DNA from: the human T2T-CHM13v2.0 reference genome, Homo sapiens
Assembly: GCF_009914755.1 (NCBI RefSeq)
Contig: NC_060926.1
Length of the DNA stretch: 64,000 nt
Reading direction: 5' to 3' (one strand)
In this document: positions 16,001-32,659 of the stretch, piece after piece
Numbering within the stretch: position 1 is the stretch's first letter
Layout: each line of letters begins with the position of its first letter
Position numbers and translations under genes: made by a program
The notes under the pieces: model-generated
Told to the model about the DNA's origin: nothing
The model's database searches: none
The model's input: only the letters and a program-made list of their open reading frames with translations

Positions 16001-16255
16001 TGTACATTATAATATTGGAGCTCAGTACTGCATGAAGAGACTTCATTAAAACTAAGAAAACATTTATTTGGGGAGAAATTTTAGGCATTTAAGAACTTGT
16101 ATTTTTCTATTTTAAAAAGTTAAATTATTCCGTAATTTGGAAGAAGTTTCGTTGAATGTAGGACATAACCGTTTGAAGGGTTTTCATTTGAAAAATTGAT
16201 GTATTTTGTGCCTTAATATTTTGTTCTTTTAATAAAAATGCTCTGAATTTGAATG
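13083..16255 (+). other. TMEM87B: TMEM87B 3'UTR (long form)
   Basis: AT-rich sequence with no obvious interspersed repeats after the stop, ending at AATAAA 16231; L1 and Alu sequence resumes shortly after. Confidence 0.75.
16231..16236 (+). terminator. Distal polyadenylation signal AATAAA (alternatives at 13432, 13965, 14891)
   Basis: Canonical hexamer with U-rich upstream and T/GT-rich downstream sequence. Confidence 0.7.
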
Positions 16256-17007
16256 ATTGATTCTTGATAGTATTTATTGGTGCTAGATTATATAAATCTG
16301 TAGGACATATAGACATATATAGACTCCAATAGATGGCAGGACATAAAATTCTTAAAACAGGAGGCACAGCTAATCAAACATGGAAAAGTGCTCAACCTCA
16401 GTAGTAGTAAAGAAATGCAAAACAAAAGATAGGGGATAGTTTAAAAAATCAAATTAACATAAGTTTGTACTATGGTATATTTGTAAAATCCTTTTGCTTT
16501 CAAAGTCTGATGAAATGAGCACACTTATTAATGATGGTAATATAGTTGATTTCCTTTTTTGTGAAAAGTTCAACAATGTGTTTATAACCTTTGAATAATG
16601 TCAATTCTGGTGATATTTTAAAAAATGATTCAAAATACAGAATAAAGTTTCTCCACAAAAGTGTTTATTATAATATTAAAGTAGAAATAAAATTAGAGAC
16701 AAACAATATCATAGTTAAGTGAATTATGGTTTAACCAGCTACTTTATGAGATATTGTATAGCCATTAAATTATGAAGAATTTATAATAAAAATACTTATA
16801 AGAACTGTGATGCAGTGGCACATATGTGAATGCTTATCTATGTAAAAATAAGGTAGAGCAACTTACTCTCATGGTTCAGAAAAAATGCATTCTATCTTCC
16901 AACTTTTCTGTAAAGTTACAGAATTAAGTAATTACATAATTCTTAATTACATAAATAATTACATAATTAATTATTATTTTGAAATAAAGATAATTTAAAA
17001 AAAAAAA

Positions 17008-17400
<393 letters not shown>

Positions 17401-17619
17401 TTAGCCTTTCAGAAACTTAAGACAAAAAGTTTATTTCTTGCTCATGTGACAATTCTTCAGTAGGTATAGAGGTGGGAAGGGCCACCCTCCTCCACATGTC
17501 CCTCAGACACCCGGGGTTTATTTCCATCTTGCGGACCCACCATACCCTAGGGCCTAATTTTTACCCCTAATTTTCTAAGAAACATATTCAACATAAATAT
17601 GTAAAAATAATAGTGCCTT

Positions 17620-17942
<323 letters not shown>

Positions 17943-20848
17943 TTAGACTATGTATCAGAAAATCTAGAAAAGTGTGTCTTGGTTCACAGCTTAATCTTAA
18001 TTAATTTAAAAAATCCATCTTGCTGTAAGTAGATGGGACATGGAGAATTTTCTTCATGGACATTCTCCCACCTTTGACATGTGAGGAGTGAGAGGGACAA
18101 GATGGATAGTCCCAGAGGGAAAGGAAGGGCTGTTGTCATAAGACTGATGACCATTTTGGCAGACTTGGGAGCACTTGCAGAGTGCCAGGCTTTGGTAACC
18201 ACTGTATTCTCACAGTAGCCAATGAAGTATTAGTTCCCTTGGTTCATAGATTAGAAAACTGAGAGAGAGGTTAAATAATTTGATAGTTTACCATCCTGGC
18301 AGGTGGCAAGGCTGGTATAATACTGGTGGGAATCATCCTAGAAGGGTTGTCCTCGAAGTCCTGAGGAGAGAGGAGTTTCGGTTAACAAAGTGCTGTTTGC
18401 TTGTTAGAGAAGGTTAAGTAAGACAATGTATCTAAAGTGCCTGGTGCATAGCCTTCAGGAGGCAGCTAAGGTTAATGTGAAAGGTACAGCAATGATTGAG
18501 GGGTGACTGAGACTCAATTGAAACAAATGGCATATGAAATTCAAACACATTCCAGGATTGATTCACTTGTATTAAGATGAAGTTACCCAGAGCAAGTTTT
18601 ATGCCCCTTAAGTGATAGGGAATGTACAGCTACATTAACAGAGGTGACCTGATATTTACATCTGGTCAGAGGCTGACCTGATTTATATCTGATTTCAGAT
18701 GTAAATAATTTTGACAGTATTTCCTTAAAATCATTTTGAAAAAACAAGAAGCTGCAATGGAAGTTTATGCACAGGAAAAAATGTGAAAGCTATCCAGCAG
18801 GTGGTGCCAAAGTAATGTCTCTTGAAGAGTTCTAATCTTTTTTTCTTTTCTCTAATTCTTCCCTTTACAGATTTTATAAATTTACTTACCAAATGCCACT
18901 AAACAAATTTGGGGATGAAGAAAAAAACTTAAAAATAATTCACACAGCACTGCCCTGGAAAAACAGTTATTTTGGTATATTTTAAAACTTTAAAGCTGGA
19001 AAGAGCCTCTAAGATCATCTTACAAATGAGGAAATGGAGGACCAGGAAAGTGTCACTGGCTACAGTTCCCTCAGACCAGGGTTGAAGACTGCCTCCTAGT
19101 TTGTTTTTCTCACCTCTGGTCCTTATTGTCAGGGGGAAAGAGATGCCACAGAAGGGTTGGACTGGGCATCAAAACTTGAAATACATTTTATATACTTTGG
19201 TGACCACTTGCTACGTCATTTCATATGACTTCATTGTCTTTTCAGCTTCCAAATTCTTGTTTCTACATGGTCATAATTCCAGTTCTCTGTTTCTTCATTT
19301 GATAAGTGGAGATTTTCTTGGGGTTCAGTGGAGTCTGCTGGAAAGGCTTGTCTTTATTTGACCTGAGTCACAGCTTTCCCAGTGCTAAATGCCTCTTTCC
19401 AGGGGATACTTATTAAAAATATTCACAGGCATGTTTTTTAATGTCACAGCTGCCTAAAGCAAAAAATAACATTCAAAGCAAACAACAGACTGACCAAAAA
19501 CCTTAAAAGGAAAGTCTAAAGAATGAGATGACCATAAGGCCTTTGAAAAACCTTCAACATACTTACAGGAATCTAAAAGGTCACATGCATGCATAGGGCT
19601 CTGCATGCTCAGCAAAGACCACAAACAAGAAGTGAAGGCTAAGGCAGAGTTAGTTGTAAACTGCCTGAATGAGTGCTGAAGGTGTGCCCCACCATACACA
19701 CAAGCACCTCGGCAAAGACTGGGAGATTTACTGGTTCCGAGAGGTTAAGAAAGTCTCTGTCCAATAATTGTCTAACCATTACATAACTGAGTAGAGACTT
19801 CAGTGACCACATATCACAAAATATACAGACTTTACGGAATTAGTTTAGAGAACTCACTAAACAACTACTACAACAAGTAGTAACAACAGCAAACCATTGA
19901 AGGGGAAGGAACTGGTTTTCAGAGTTACCACATTATATTATTTAAAATGTCTAGTATTTACCAAAAAATTATGACATAAGCAAAGAAATGACAGTGTATC
20001 TCTCACAAGAAAAAAAAGAGCATCAAAACAAAATGTTCCTGAGAAAGACCAGATGTTTGACTTACTAGACAAAAACTGTAAGCTGTTTTGTAAGTATTCA
20101 ATGAGCTAAAAAAGTATAAATGCAAAAGTATGAGAATGATGTTTGACCAAATAATGTCAATAGAGATAGCAATGATAAAAATGAACCAAATGAAAATTCT
20201 TATATTGAAAAGTACAATAACTGAGACAAAACATTTATTAGAGGGTGCTCAAGAGCAGATCTGAGCAGGTAGAAGAAAATCAGTGAATCTGAATATAGGT
20301 CAATTGAGATTATTCAGTGTGAGGAACAAAAAGAAGATAGAATGAAGAAAAATTAACAGAATCTCAGAGACCTGTGGAACAACCTCAAGCATACAGACAC
20401 ACACGGTGAGAGTACGAGAAGAAGAAGAGAGAGGAAGAAAAATACTTGAATAAATAGTGGTTGAAAACTTTTCAAACTTGACAAAAAACAGTCTACCTAA
20501 GCAGAAAGATTAGCAAACTCCAAATAAGATAAACTCAAAGAGATCTGTACTGAAACATCATAATCAAATGATGGAAAACCAGAACCAAAGATGGAGTTTT
20601 GAAAGAGAGAAGTGACTCATTGCCTAGTAAAAATCCTCTGTAACATTAACAACTAATTTTTCCCCCTCAGAAACTATGGTGGTAAGAAGGCAATGGGATG
20701 ATATATTTAAAGTACTGAAAGAAAAACCGTCAGTCAAGAATTCTATATCCAAGCAAACTATCCATTCAACATGAATAGAAATACAGACAGTTGAGATAAA
20801 AACTGAATTTGTTGTTAGTAGTTTTGCCATGCAAGAAATACTAAAGTA

Positions 20849-21160
20849 GGCCAGGTGCGGTGGCTCACGTCTGTAATCCCAGTACTTTGGGAGGCTGAGG
20901 CGGGTAGATCACCTGAGGTCAGGAGTTCGAGACCAGCCTGGGCAACATGGTGAAACCCCGTCGCCACTACAAATACAAAAAGTAGCCAGGCGTGGTGGTG
21001 AGCAACTGTGATCCCAGCTACTCAGGAGGTTGAGGCAGAAGAATCGCTTGAACTGAGGAGGCAGAAGTTGCAATGAGCTGAGACAGTGCTATTGCACTCC
21101 AGCTGGCAACAAGAGCAAAACTCCATCTCAAAAACAAACAAACAAACAAAAAAAACAAAA
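20849..21160 (+). mobile_element. Alu (AluSx-like)
   Basis: Full Alu, (CAAA)n tail, TSD actaaagta. Confidence 0.93.
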
Positions 21161-21450
21161 CTAAAGTAAGTACTTTGGGCTGAAATTAAAGAACACTAAA
21201 CAGTAATTTGAATACATTTGAAGAAATAAAACAGTACCAGTAAAGATAACTAGCCAAATATAAAAGACAGTATAAATGTATTTTTGTTTGTAACTCTTTT
21301 TTTCTCCTAGTATATTTAAAAGAAACATGTATTATTGATAAATCTAAGTTGATGGGCATATAATGTGTAAAAATACAACTCGTGACAATAGCAGCATAAA
21401 GGAGAGGAGGAGAGAAGCCATACAGGAGCAAGTGTTTTGCATACTATTAA

Positions 21451-21896
<446 letters not shown>

Positions 21897-22217
21897 CTAC
21901 TAAATTTTTTGAACAAAACAGGAGACAGCAGTGGAGGAACAAAGAAGATAAGACATACAGAAAACAAAGAGCAAAAAAGGAGAGGGAATATGTGAATATA
22001 ATGAATAACATTTTGTCAGTAAATCAACTTACATGAAATGGACAAATTCCTGGAAGATAAAAACTACTAAAACTGACTCAAGAATAAATAGGCAATCTGA
22101 ATAGACTCATAGTAAGTGATAAGATTCAATTAGTAATTTGTAAAAACTACCTACACAGAAAAGTCCAGGCCCAGATGACTTCACCATTGAACTCTACTAA
22201 ACATTTAAAGAAGAATT

Positions 22218-22690
22218 AGCCTGGGTGCAGTGGCTTATGCCTGCAATCCTAGCACTTTGGGAGGCCAAGGCAAGTGCATCACTTGAGCTCAGGAGTTCGA
22301 GACCAGCCTGGGCAACATGGCGAAATCCCTTCTCTACAAAAAAAAAAATTAAAAAATTAGCCAGGCATGGTGGTGTACACCTGTAGTCCCAGCTACTGAG
22401 GAGGCTGAGACAGGAAGATTGCTTGAGCCCAGGAGGTCAAGGCTGCAGTGAGCCATGATCACACTACTGCACTCCTGCCTGGGCAACAGAGTGAGACCCT
22501 GTCTCAAAAAGAAGGAGAAGGGAGGAGAAGGAGAAGGGAGAAAGAGGGAGAAGAAGAAGAGGAGAAGGAGGAGGAAGAGGAAGGAGGGAGGAGGAGGGAG
22601 GGTGGAGGAGGGAGACGGAAAAGACGGAAGAGAAGGAGGAGAAGGAAAGGAAGGAAGGAAGGAAGGAAGAGAAAGAGAAGAAAAAGAAGA
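22218..22690 (+). mobile_element. AluJ-type element with a ~180-bp GA-rich polypurine tail
   Basis: gcttgagcccaggaggtcaaggctgcag (AluJ-type), followed by GAA/GGA low-complexity sequence 22510-22690. Confidence 0.88.
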
Positions 22691-23180
22691 ATGATTAGTG
22701 CCAATTCTTCATGAATTCTTCCCAAAAATAGAAGAAGGCACTTCCCATCACATTTTATGAGGTCAGAATTACCCTGATGCTCAAACTGACCAAAGACAAC
22801 ATGAGAAAACTACAGACCAATATCTTTCATGAATATGGAAGCAAATGTTCTCAACAAAATACTAGCAAACCAAATCCAGCAACATATGAAAAGAATTATA
22901 CACCAGGACCAAGCAGGATTTATCCTGGGAATGCAAAGATGGTTTAACACCTGAAAATTAATGTAATACATCATATGAATAGGACAGAAACTCAAAAATG
23001 CTATGAGTATCTCAATAGTTGTAGAAAAAGCATTTGCCAAAATGAAATACCCTTTCATAATAAAAAAAAAAACCAACAAACTAGAGGCAGAGTGAAATCT
23101 CAACATGACAAAGGGTACCTACAGAAAAAAACCCATAGTTAACGTCATACTAAATGGCAAAAGACTAGAAGCTTTCCCCC

Positions 23181-23625
23181 AGTTATGGTCTGAATGTTTG
23201 TGTCCCCCACAAGTTCGTATGTTGAAACCTAATCCCCAGTGGAATAGTATTAAGAGGTGCGACCTACCTATGTAACAAACCTGCACGTTCTGCACATGTA
23301 TCCAAGAACTTAAAGTATAATTAAAAATAAAAAGAGGTGCAACCTATAGAAAGTGATTATGTCATGATGGCATCATCCTCATGAATTTGATTACTGCCCT
23401 TATCAAAGAGGCCCAAGAGAGCTTGTTTGCCCCTTCTGCCATGTGAGGATTCAATAAGAAGTTGCCATCTATGAGGCACAGACCAAACTCTTACCAGACA
23501 TTGAATCTACTGGCACCTTGATCTTGGACTTCCTAGCCCCCAGAGCTGTGAGCAATAAATTTGTGTTGTTAATAAGTTACCCAGTCCAAGATATTTTGTT
23601 ATAACAGGCCGAACAGACTAAGACA
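23181..23625 (+). mobile_element. MaLR solo LTR (MLT1A/MSTD-like) inserted in L1 ORF2
   Basis: ttatggtctgaatgtttgtgtcccc...cttgatcttggacttcc...aataaatt...gactaagaca, flanked by ccccc on both sides. Confidence 0.85.
23266..23331 (+). mobile_element. Very short 5'-truncated L1PA 3' end inside the MaLR LTR
   Basis: acctatgtaacaaacctgcacgttctgcacatgtatcc...aacttaaagtataa plus A-tail; 14-bp TSD aagaggtgcRacct. Confidence 0.88.
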
Positions 23626-23981
23626 CCCCCTAAGATCTGGAAAAGACAGGAATGTCCTCTCTCACCACTTCTGTTCAACATTGTATTGGAGCTTCTAGCC
23701 AGGGAAATCAGAAAAGAAAGAAAGAAAGAGAGAGAGAAAGGGAAATAAAAGTTATTGAAATGGAAAAATAAAAATATCTCTATTTGCAGATTTAATGATC
23801 TTGTATATAAAAATCTCTAAGGAATCCACTAAAAAACTATTAGAACAACAATGAGTTCTGTAAGGTTTCAGGATACAAGATTGACATATGAAAATCAATC
23901 ATATTTCTTAAGCTTGCAATGAATAATCCAAAAATGAAAGTACGAAACCCATTTACAATAGCATCAAAAAGAACAAAATAC

Positions 23982-24542
23982 AGTGGCTCATGCCTGTAAT
24001 CCTAACACTTTGGGAGGCTGAGGCAGAAGGATCGCTTGAGGCCAGGAGTTCAGAATCAGCCTGGACAATATAGGGAGACCCTACTAAAGATTAAAAGAAT
24101 TACTCGGCATTTTGGGAAGCCAAGGCGGGCAGATCACTTGAGGTAAGGAGTTTGAGACCAGCCTGGCCAACATGGCGAAAACCTGTCTCTACTAAAAATA
24201 TAAAAAATAGCTGGGCATGGTGGTGGGCGCCTGTAATCCCAGCTACTCAGGAGGCTGAGGCAGGAGAATCACTTGAATGCTGGAAGCAGAGGCTGCAGTG
24301 AGCCAAGATCATGTCACTGCACTCCAGCTTGGGTGACAAAGACTGTGTCTCAAAAAAAAAAAAAAAAGATTAACCAGGCATGATGATGGACATTTTTGGT
24401 CCTACCTATTCAGGAGGCTAGGGCAGGAGGACCACTTCAGCCCAGGAGTTGGAGGTTGCAGTGAGCTGTGATCACACCAGTGCACTCCAGCCTGGGCAAC
24501 AGAGTGAGACCCTATCTCTAAAATACATAAAATAAAATAAAA
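23982..24542 (+). mobile_element. Nested Alus: AluS-type (~24105-24367) inserted in the middle A-rich linker of an older AluJ
   Basis: Left arm, then a near-complete Alu with A-tail, then the right arm of the older element. Confidence 0.8.
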
Positions 24543-26730
24543 TACTTAGGAATGAATCTGACAAAGGAAGTGCAAAACTTATACACTAAAAACCGTAAAA
24601 TATTGTTGAAAAAATTAAATAAGCTATAAATGAATTGAACAAATTCCATGTTCACAGAAGACTTAACATTGTTAAGATAGCAGTCTTCCCCAAATTGACC
24701 TAGATTCTGATAATGCAATCCTTACCAGAATCCCTGCCAACTTCTTTGTAGAAATTGAGAAGCTGATTTTAAAATTCATATGCAATTTCAAGGGACCCAG
24801 AATAGCCAAAATAATGTTGAATAAGAACTAAGAGGAGGACTCACACATCTCAAAACTTACTTTAAAGCAACTATAATCAAGACAGTTAAGTAACTGCAAA
24901 AGGATAGTATATAGATCAATGGAATAGAATTCAGAGTCTAGAAATAAACCCATACATCTATGGTCAGATGACTTTCAGCAAGAGTGCCAAGACCATTCAA
25001 TGGAGAAAGAACAGTCTCTTTAACAAATAGTGCTGGGACAACTGCATAGCCACATGCAAAAGAATGAAGTTGGACTCCTACCTGAGAATATATACAAAAA
25101 TTAACTCAAAATGGACCAAAGACATAAATTTAAGAGCTAGATCCATAAATCTCTAAGAAGAAAACATACGGCTAAATCTTCATGACCTTATATTTGACAA
25201 ACTATTTTTAGAGTTCACGCCAAAAGCGTAAGCAACAAAAGAAAGAAACAGATAGATTGGACTTCATCAAAATTAAGAACTTTTGTGCTTCAGAGGACAC
25301 TATCAAAAAATGAAAATCAACCCACAGAATGGGAGAAACTATTTGCAAGTCATATATCTGATCAGGGACTTGTATCTAGACTGTATAAAGAACTCCTTCA
25401 ACTCAATAATAAAAGGACAAATAATCCAACCAAAACATGGCAAAGGTTCTGAATACACATTTTAGGAAGATATACGACAGGCCAATAAGCACATAAAAAG
25501 ATGCTCTAATCATTACTAATCAAGAAAATGAAAATCACAACCTTAATAAGATACCACTTTACACCCACTAAGATCGCTGTCATAATAGAAACAACAAAAA
25601 AGGAAAATAACAGTGTTCATGAGAATATGGAGAAACTGGAACTCTTCTAAACTGCTGGTGGGAAGTAAAATGGTACAGCCCCTTTGGAAAACAACCTGGC
25701 AGTTAATCAAATGATTAAAGAGTTACCATATGACCCAGCAATACCACTCCTAGGTATATACCTAACAGAAATGAAAACATGTCTACATAAAAATTTGTAC
25801 ACAAATGCTCATTGTAGGATTCGCCATAATAGCCACAAATTGTAAACAAACCAAATTTTCATCAGTTGATGAATGGATAACCCAAATATGATATATCCAT
25901 ACAACTGAATATTATTCAGCCATAAAAGTCAATGAAGTACTGTTAAATGTGACAACATAGATGATTCTTGAAGCATGTTAAGTGAAAGAAAAGCACTCAC
26001 AAAAGCCCCATATTTTATTATTCTGTTTTTACAAAATGCCCAGAATAGGCAAATTCATAAAGACAGAAAGTAGATTAGTGGTTTCCTAGTGCCAAAGGGA
26101 TAAAAGAATGAGGAATGACTGCTAATGGGCATAGGATACCTTTTTTGAATGATGAAAATGTTCTTAAATTAGATACTTGTGATGATTGCACAACTTTGTG
26201 AACATACTAAAAAGCCACTCTGTCATACTCTATAACGTGGTGAATTTTGTGGTAAATGAATTATACCTCAATTTTAAAAAGTTATATTCAGGGTAACACA
26301 ACAGAATAAGGAACATCTACAACATATCATTAACAATCCCTGGATACAATCCCAAATAACTAGGCATACTAGTAAACCAGAAAAAGTGACCTTTACTCAG
26401 AAGACAAGCAATAGCTGTTGAGCCTCAGAGCATACCAGATGGTAAATGACCAAAAAAAGGATTTTAAAACTGCAGTTATAACTATGCCCAAAGAGCTAAA
26501 GGGGAAGACAAAGTTTATAATAAATAACCAAATAGAAAATCTCAATAGAAAACAATATTTAAAAAAAAACAAAAACAATAACAAAAAATGGAAATATGAG
26601 ACCAACTTATATAATAAAAAATTCACTGGATGTGTTTAGTGACGGATTGAGGTGACAGAAGAGTCAATGAACTTGAAGTTCATAGAATAGAAAATATTCA
26701 ACCTTAAATACACGAAGAAAAAGAAAAAAG

Positions 26731-27018
26731 AGCCGGGTGCGGTGGCTCACGCCTGTAATCCCAGCACTTTGGGAGGCCGAGGCAGGTGGATCACAAGGTA
26801 AGGAGATGGAGACCATCCCGGCTAACACGGTGAAACCCCGTCTCTACTAAAATTACAAAAAAATTAGCCGGGCGTGGTGGTGGGCGCCTGTAGTCCCAGC
26901 TACTCCGGAGGCTGAGGCAGGAGAATGGCGTGAACTTGGGAGGCGGAGCTTGCAGTGAGCCGAGATGAGCGAGACTCCATCTCAAAAAAAAAAAAAAAAA
27001 GAAAGAAAAAAGAAAGAA
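26731..27018 (+). mobile_element. AluY with an internal ~29-bp deletion in the right arm
   Basis: AluY diagnostics; gagccgagat joined directly to gagcgagactcc at 26966/26967. Confidence 0.9.
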
Positions 27019-27819
27019 CAGTGCCTTGTGGACTTGTGGGACAATCATTAAGAGTTCTAACGCTAAACTAATTCTAAAGGGACAGGAAAGAGAGAATAAA
27101 GGAGAAAAATTACTGGGTTAAATAATGGCCCAAACTCCCTAAATTTGGTAAAAGACACAAATTTATAGATTCAAGAAGCTAAGTGCACTCCAACCAGAAT
27201 ATGCAGAAAAGTACATGTAGGCATGTTTTACCTGCAGAAATCCAAAGACACAAATATAATATTGAAACCACAATGAAGGGGAAGAAATGGCACACCACAT
27301 AGAGAGGAACAATGACAGAAATGAATCTGACCTCTCATCAGAAAGAATGGATGCTAGAGAACAGGTCAGTGATATTGTTAAAGTGCCGAATGTAAAAAAA
27401 GTCAACCCAGAATTCTATATCTACCAAAAATAGTCTTCAAGGACAAAGTCAAAATAAAGACATTTTCAGATAAATCATATTTTTAAAAATTTGTTGCTAG
27501 TGACCCTACAATACAAAGTATGCTAATGAATGTTTTTCCTGCTGAAGGAAAATGATATCAGAAGGGAACTTGGGTCTTCAAAACAAAATGAAGAGCACCA
27601 GAAATTGTAAATCTATCTATAAATATAAGAATATTCTTGCTAAAAATTTGTTAAAAACACATATGACTATTTAAAGCAAAAATTATAATATTACACCACG
27701 GGGTTTTTAACATATATGGACATAATATGCATATGACCACCATAGCATAAATGACAGGACTTGGTAATTGGCCCATTTCATTGAAAGCTTTTTACATTTT
27801 ATTTAATTTAGTTATTTAC

Positions 27820-28266
<447 letters not shown>

Positions 28267-28298
28267 TAAAAGAATTGAAGTGAAATTTTAAACATTCA

Positions 28299-28705
<407 letters not shown>

Positions 28706-28868
28706 GAGGAAACAAATAGAAAACAAATGATAAAATGGTAGGCCTAAATTCAGACATATCAATAATTACATTAAATTTAAATAAACCACTCAGCTTAAAA
28801 GGCAAAGATTTTTCACATTGGATAAAAAGGTGAGACTCAATTATATGCTATCTAAAAAAGGCACACTC

Positions 28869-28945
28869 AGTGACAGAGTGAGACTCTGTCTCAAAAAGAA
28901 AGAAAAAGAAAAGGAAGGAAGGAAGGAAGGACTGAAAACATATAG

Positions 28946-28984
<39 letters not shown>

Positions 28985-29032
28985 GGAAAGAAAGAAAGAA
29001 AAAGAAAGAAAGAGAAAGAAAGAAAAAGAAAA
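28869..29032 (+). repeat. Alu 3' tip followed by (GGAA)/(GA)/(GAAA) polypurine repeats
   Basis: gtgacagagtgagactctgtctcaaaaag, then GA-rich runs. Confidence 0.75.
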
Positions 29033-29396
29033 CATACAATGTCTTCTCTGACCACAGTGGAATTAAATTATAAATAAATAATAAGATATCTGAAAGAAAC
29101 CAAATATGTGGAAATTAAACCACACAGTTCTAAGTAACCCATGGATCAAAGAAAAAATTATGAGAAAAATTAGAAAGCATTCTGAACTACATGAAAATAA
29201 AAACACCATATATCAAAATTTATGGTATGCAGCTAAAGTAGTACTTAGAGGGAATGCTGTAACTTTAAGCACTTATATTAGGAAAGAAGAAAGGTATAAA
29301 GTCAATTACCTATATTTCAGTTTTGATAATCTAGGAAAAAAAGAGCTGAGTGAGTAAACCCAAAGAAAGAGAAAGCAATAAAATAATAATAAAGCT

Positions 29397-29972
29397 GTAT
29401 TTTCTTATTTTCTGTATTTTCAATATTCTTGCATCTGGGGCCTTACTGACCTGAAAGGACTGCTCCTCTGGAGTTTGCAAATTCTGAAAGATAGTAAATG
29501 ACTTGCTCTAGAGCATGCATTTTATATGCAAACCAAATAACCCCAAGTTCATACTCCTGCTTGTTTCCTTTTATCTGCTACGATATCCTTTTGCCCTAAA
29601 CACCGCAAAGCTGGGTGCTGGACAACTAGGGACTACCCCTAGAGCCTAGAGCCCATCCAAACTCTTCAAACTATCCAATCCTAAACCTGCTTAGCTTGCT
29701 TACCTTGTTTCAATTGTTCCTTCCTGCAAAAACCACAATAAAGTCACTTGTCCACAGTTCCTCTCTCTCTCTCTCTCTTTCTCTCTTTTCCTCTCTCTCT
29801 GCCTGCTCATCTCACCTGGGCATTTTCCTGTGTGATCCTGCATGACATACCATCCCTCTTGTTCTTAGGAGACTGTGAGTATAATAAAAACTTCTTTCTT
29901 CATGGAAATTATTTTCATGTCTATGTATCTTACCACATCTGATTAAAACAAATCCTAGGTGCTATTGAAACA
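29397..29972 (+). mobile_element. ERV solo LTR (LTR47-like) inserted in L1
   Basis: TG...CA ends, internal ccaat and aataaa; catctggggccttactgacc motif resembles LTR47 as recalled; L1 resumes on both sides. Confidence 0.6.
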
Positions 29973-30394
29973 AATAAAGATATGAGCAGAAACCAATGAA
30001 ATTTTAAACAAACACTTGAGAAAATTAACAAAGCAAAAAGTTGTCTCTTTGAGAAGAAAAACAAAATTTATAAATGTTTAGCTATAATAATTAAGAAGAA
30101 AGGGAAAGAGCACAAATCATCAATATTAGGAACAAAAGAAGGGCTACCACTACAGATCCTACAGCCATTAAAAAGATAAGTGAATAATACCATTTTATGC
30201 CACTACATTTGGCAAATTAGATAAAATTAAAGAATTCCTTGAAAACTATAATGTATAACTGACATAAGGTGAAATAAAATATTAAATTATACACACATTT
30301 ATTTAAAGATAATTTTAGACTTAAAAGTTGCAAAATTAGCACTTACACCTTTTATCCAGGTTTTCTTTTTGCTTAGCATTTACTCAATTTCAGT

Positions 30395-30800
30395 TTGATC
30401 TTGGGCAACCTACTGAAGCATTCTAAGCCTCAGTTTCACAATCTGTAAAATGAGATTAATAATGGGACCCATTTCACTGGGTTGTCATGAGAACAAATGA
30501 GAGCATTTGTGACTGGTTTACAGTAGGTGCTCAAGACATGTTTGTTTCCTTCTTATGTTGTCCCTGTATGAAGGACCATCAGTATAAGCAATGTCCCTTT
30601 AACTGAGCACTTACTTTATGCTCAGCATTGTGTTAGGCACTTTATTATTTTGAAATCTCATAATCTCTTTGATAAATACTTGTATTCTCATATATAAATC
30701 AAGAAGCTGAGGCCTGTAAAGATTAAGAGGTTACAAGTTCACACTGGCAGCAAGAAGGGGGTAAGATTTGGCCGAGGCACGTCTGACTTCAAAGGCTGTG
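30395..30800. mobile_element. Two MIR fragments in opposite orientations
   Basis: gcctcagtttcacaatctgtaaaatg (+) and gaagctgaggc...gattaag (-). Confidence 0.6.
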
Positions 30801-31503
30801 TGTGCCTGACTGCATCCACCATCTCTGCTGCTTCCAAAGGCATGTGGAATGGCATTCGTGGATGTTCAATGTCTTGCTCCTTTTGGCAGATGTTAACTGG
30901 TGTTTGGTCTTTAATCACAGCACAGTGAAATCTGCTTTTCTACAGGCTTTCATCTTGTAAAATTGGAAATGCTTTTCTAGGGGGAACGGTTTCTACTGGC
31001 AGTCCTGATATCATACATAAGTAGACAGTCTCTTCACCTTTCAGCACAGGACTGCACAGTTCTGTTGGCTAAAGCTCTAGATATAATGTGAGAATGTAGT
31101 GCCTGGTACAGGGCCATGCCCGGAGTTGGCACTTGATAGATATTTTTGTAGTGAATGAATTGGATGAAGTCACTGCACCTCTGCTAGACCGTTCTCCCTA
31201 CACGGTTTCTACCCTATTATCCTGTCAGGCTAACATGCTGGACTTTGTTCCTGGGACCTCTGTAGGTGCTTCGTAGGGGTTGATGACATTTAGAACCACA
31301 GAGAAATGTGGGGTAAAGGATGAAAAGGGAGAGAAGCAGCTGCAAATGAGCTGACAGTAAGACTCAGCCATAGCTGAATCAGTAAGTCCATGAACCCAAA
31401 ATGGTATGCAACATGGTATGGGGCACCACTGGGGACCCAGAGGAGCCCCCAGGACAGCTCTGGAAGGATAATTTCAGACTGGATCTTGCTTCTGCTAGCA
31501 TCT

Positions 31504-32112
<609 letters not shown>

Positions 32113-32360
32113 TCTGTTGGGGTCTTAAAGACAAATTTCTGCAACAAATCTTCCCATTTTGTGTTGCATGCCTATGTTACACAGAGAACCTGAATGTATC
32201 AGAGCACTAATCCAAGGAGATGGCAACTGATCTTACCAAAAGATGTTTAAAATACTTTCTGTAGACATGTTGAACCCCACCAAACCAATCCCCCGACACT
32301 CAGGAATATTCTCTTGAAAACTAAATAGAGGGGAAATAGAGGAATAAACTAGCTGATAAG

Positions 32361-32659
<299 letters not shown>

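Noticed and set aside
22448-22725. Highly charged E/R/K-rich ORFs (also 28818-29051)
   Set aside because: Translations of GA-rich simple repeats in Alu tails
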